Shown: in pieces, positions 17,222 through 17,436 of the stretch
Numbering within the stretch: the first letter of the stretch is position 1
Layout of the letters: the number at the start of each line of letters is the position of its first letter
NCBI GenBank assembly: GCA_046582655.1
Contig: JAYGDX010000112.1
Span: 1 to 17,436, forward strand
DNA length: 17,436 nucleotides
Source of the DNA: Candidatus Poribacteria bacterium
Lineage (GTDB): Bacteria; Poribacteria; WGA-4E; UBA9662
Direction of reading: 5' to 3'
Made by a program: the position numbers and the translations under genes
Notes under the pieces: model-generated
Database searches by the model: none
What the model was told of the DNA's origin: nothing
What the model saw: the letters and a program-made list of their open reading frames with translations, nothing else

Positions 17222-17436
17222 TGGCAGGATATTCCTCCCACTTCAGAATGGCTGGATGAAGTCTATGCCGGCATTCAGGCAGCAGATACTTTCCTCTTTA
17301 TTATCAGCCCTGATTCAGTAGTTTCCGAGATCTGTACTCTGGAGACAGAACACGCCATCCAACACAATAAGCGGTTGGTGCCAGTAGTCTGGCATGACGT
17401 GGCTGATGATCAAGTGCATTCTGCCATGTCAGCGCA
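17222..17436 (+). pseudogene. TIR domain (TIR_2-like) fragment lacking its N-terminus; runs off the window
   Basis: Manual translation: WQDIPPTSEWLDEVYAGIQAADTFLFIISPDSVVSEICTLETEHAIQHNKRLVPVVWHDVADDQVHSAMSA. It shows the bacterial TIR pattern (DIPP..W..E...GI..AD.F.FIISPDS..S..C..E...A....KRLVPV). The upstream FISYS strand/helix is missing, and the frame is closed by TAA at 17189-17191 with no ATG/GTG/TTG start before the domain. Confidence 0.8.

Noticed and set aside
1..17436. CRISPR arrays, tRNA/rRNA, transposases, integrases, reverse transcriptases
   Set aside because: No regularly spaced repeats, RNA-gene signatures or corresponding protein motifs were found by inspection.

Overview
Bacterial chromosomal window of mostly catabolic genes plus an intact lysine-biosynthesis cluster (dapC-dapE-dapD, succinylase route). 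Nine genes look intact: an MlrC/M81 metallopeptidase, an L-rhamnonate-dehydratase-like enolase, dapD, dapE, dapC, an uncharacterised class I aldolase-like protein, a GT-C (ArnT/PMT-like) glycosyltransferase, an SDR and an Ldh_2-family dehydrogenase. At least six genes are broken: a lipoprotein split by one in-frame TGA, a truncated flavoprotein oxidoreductase, a doubly frameshifted Gfo/Idh/MocA gene, a heavily decayed DegT aminotransferase, an ADP-dependent sugar kinase (two frameshifts plus catalytic D->E) and a 5'-truncated TIR domain. The oxidoreductase and TIR fragments are absent from the ORF track and were found by manual translation. The lipoprotein's C-terminal 'KLATTWxxVK' motif suggests a Poribacteria-like host (recollection, not verified). 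No rRNA, tRNA, CRISPR, transposase or integrase was seen. I cannot demonstrate a complete new system. The best leads are local genome erosion, the aldolase/SDR/ADP-kinase operon, the TIR junction and a structured element at 421-580.
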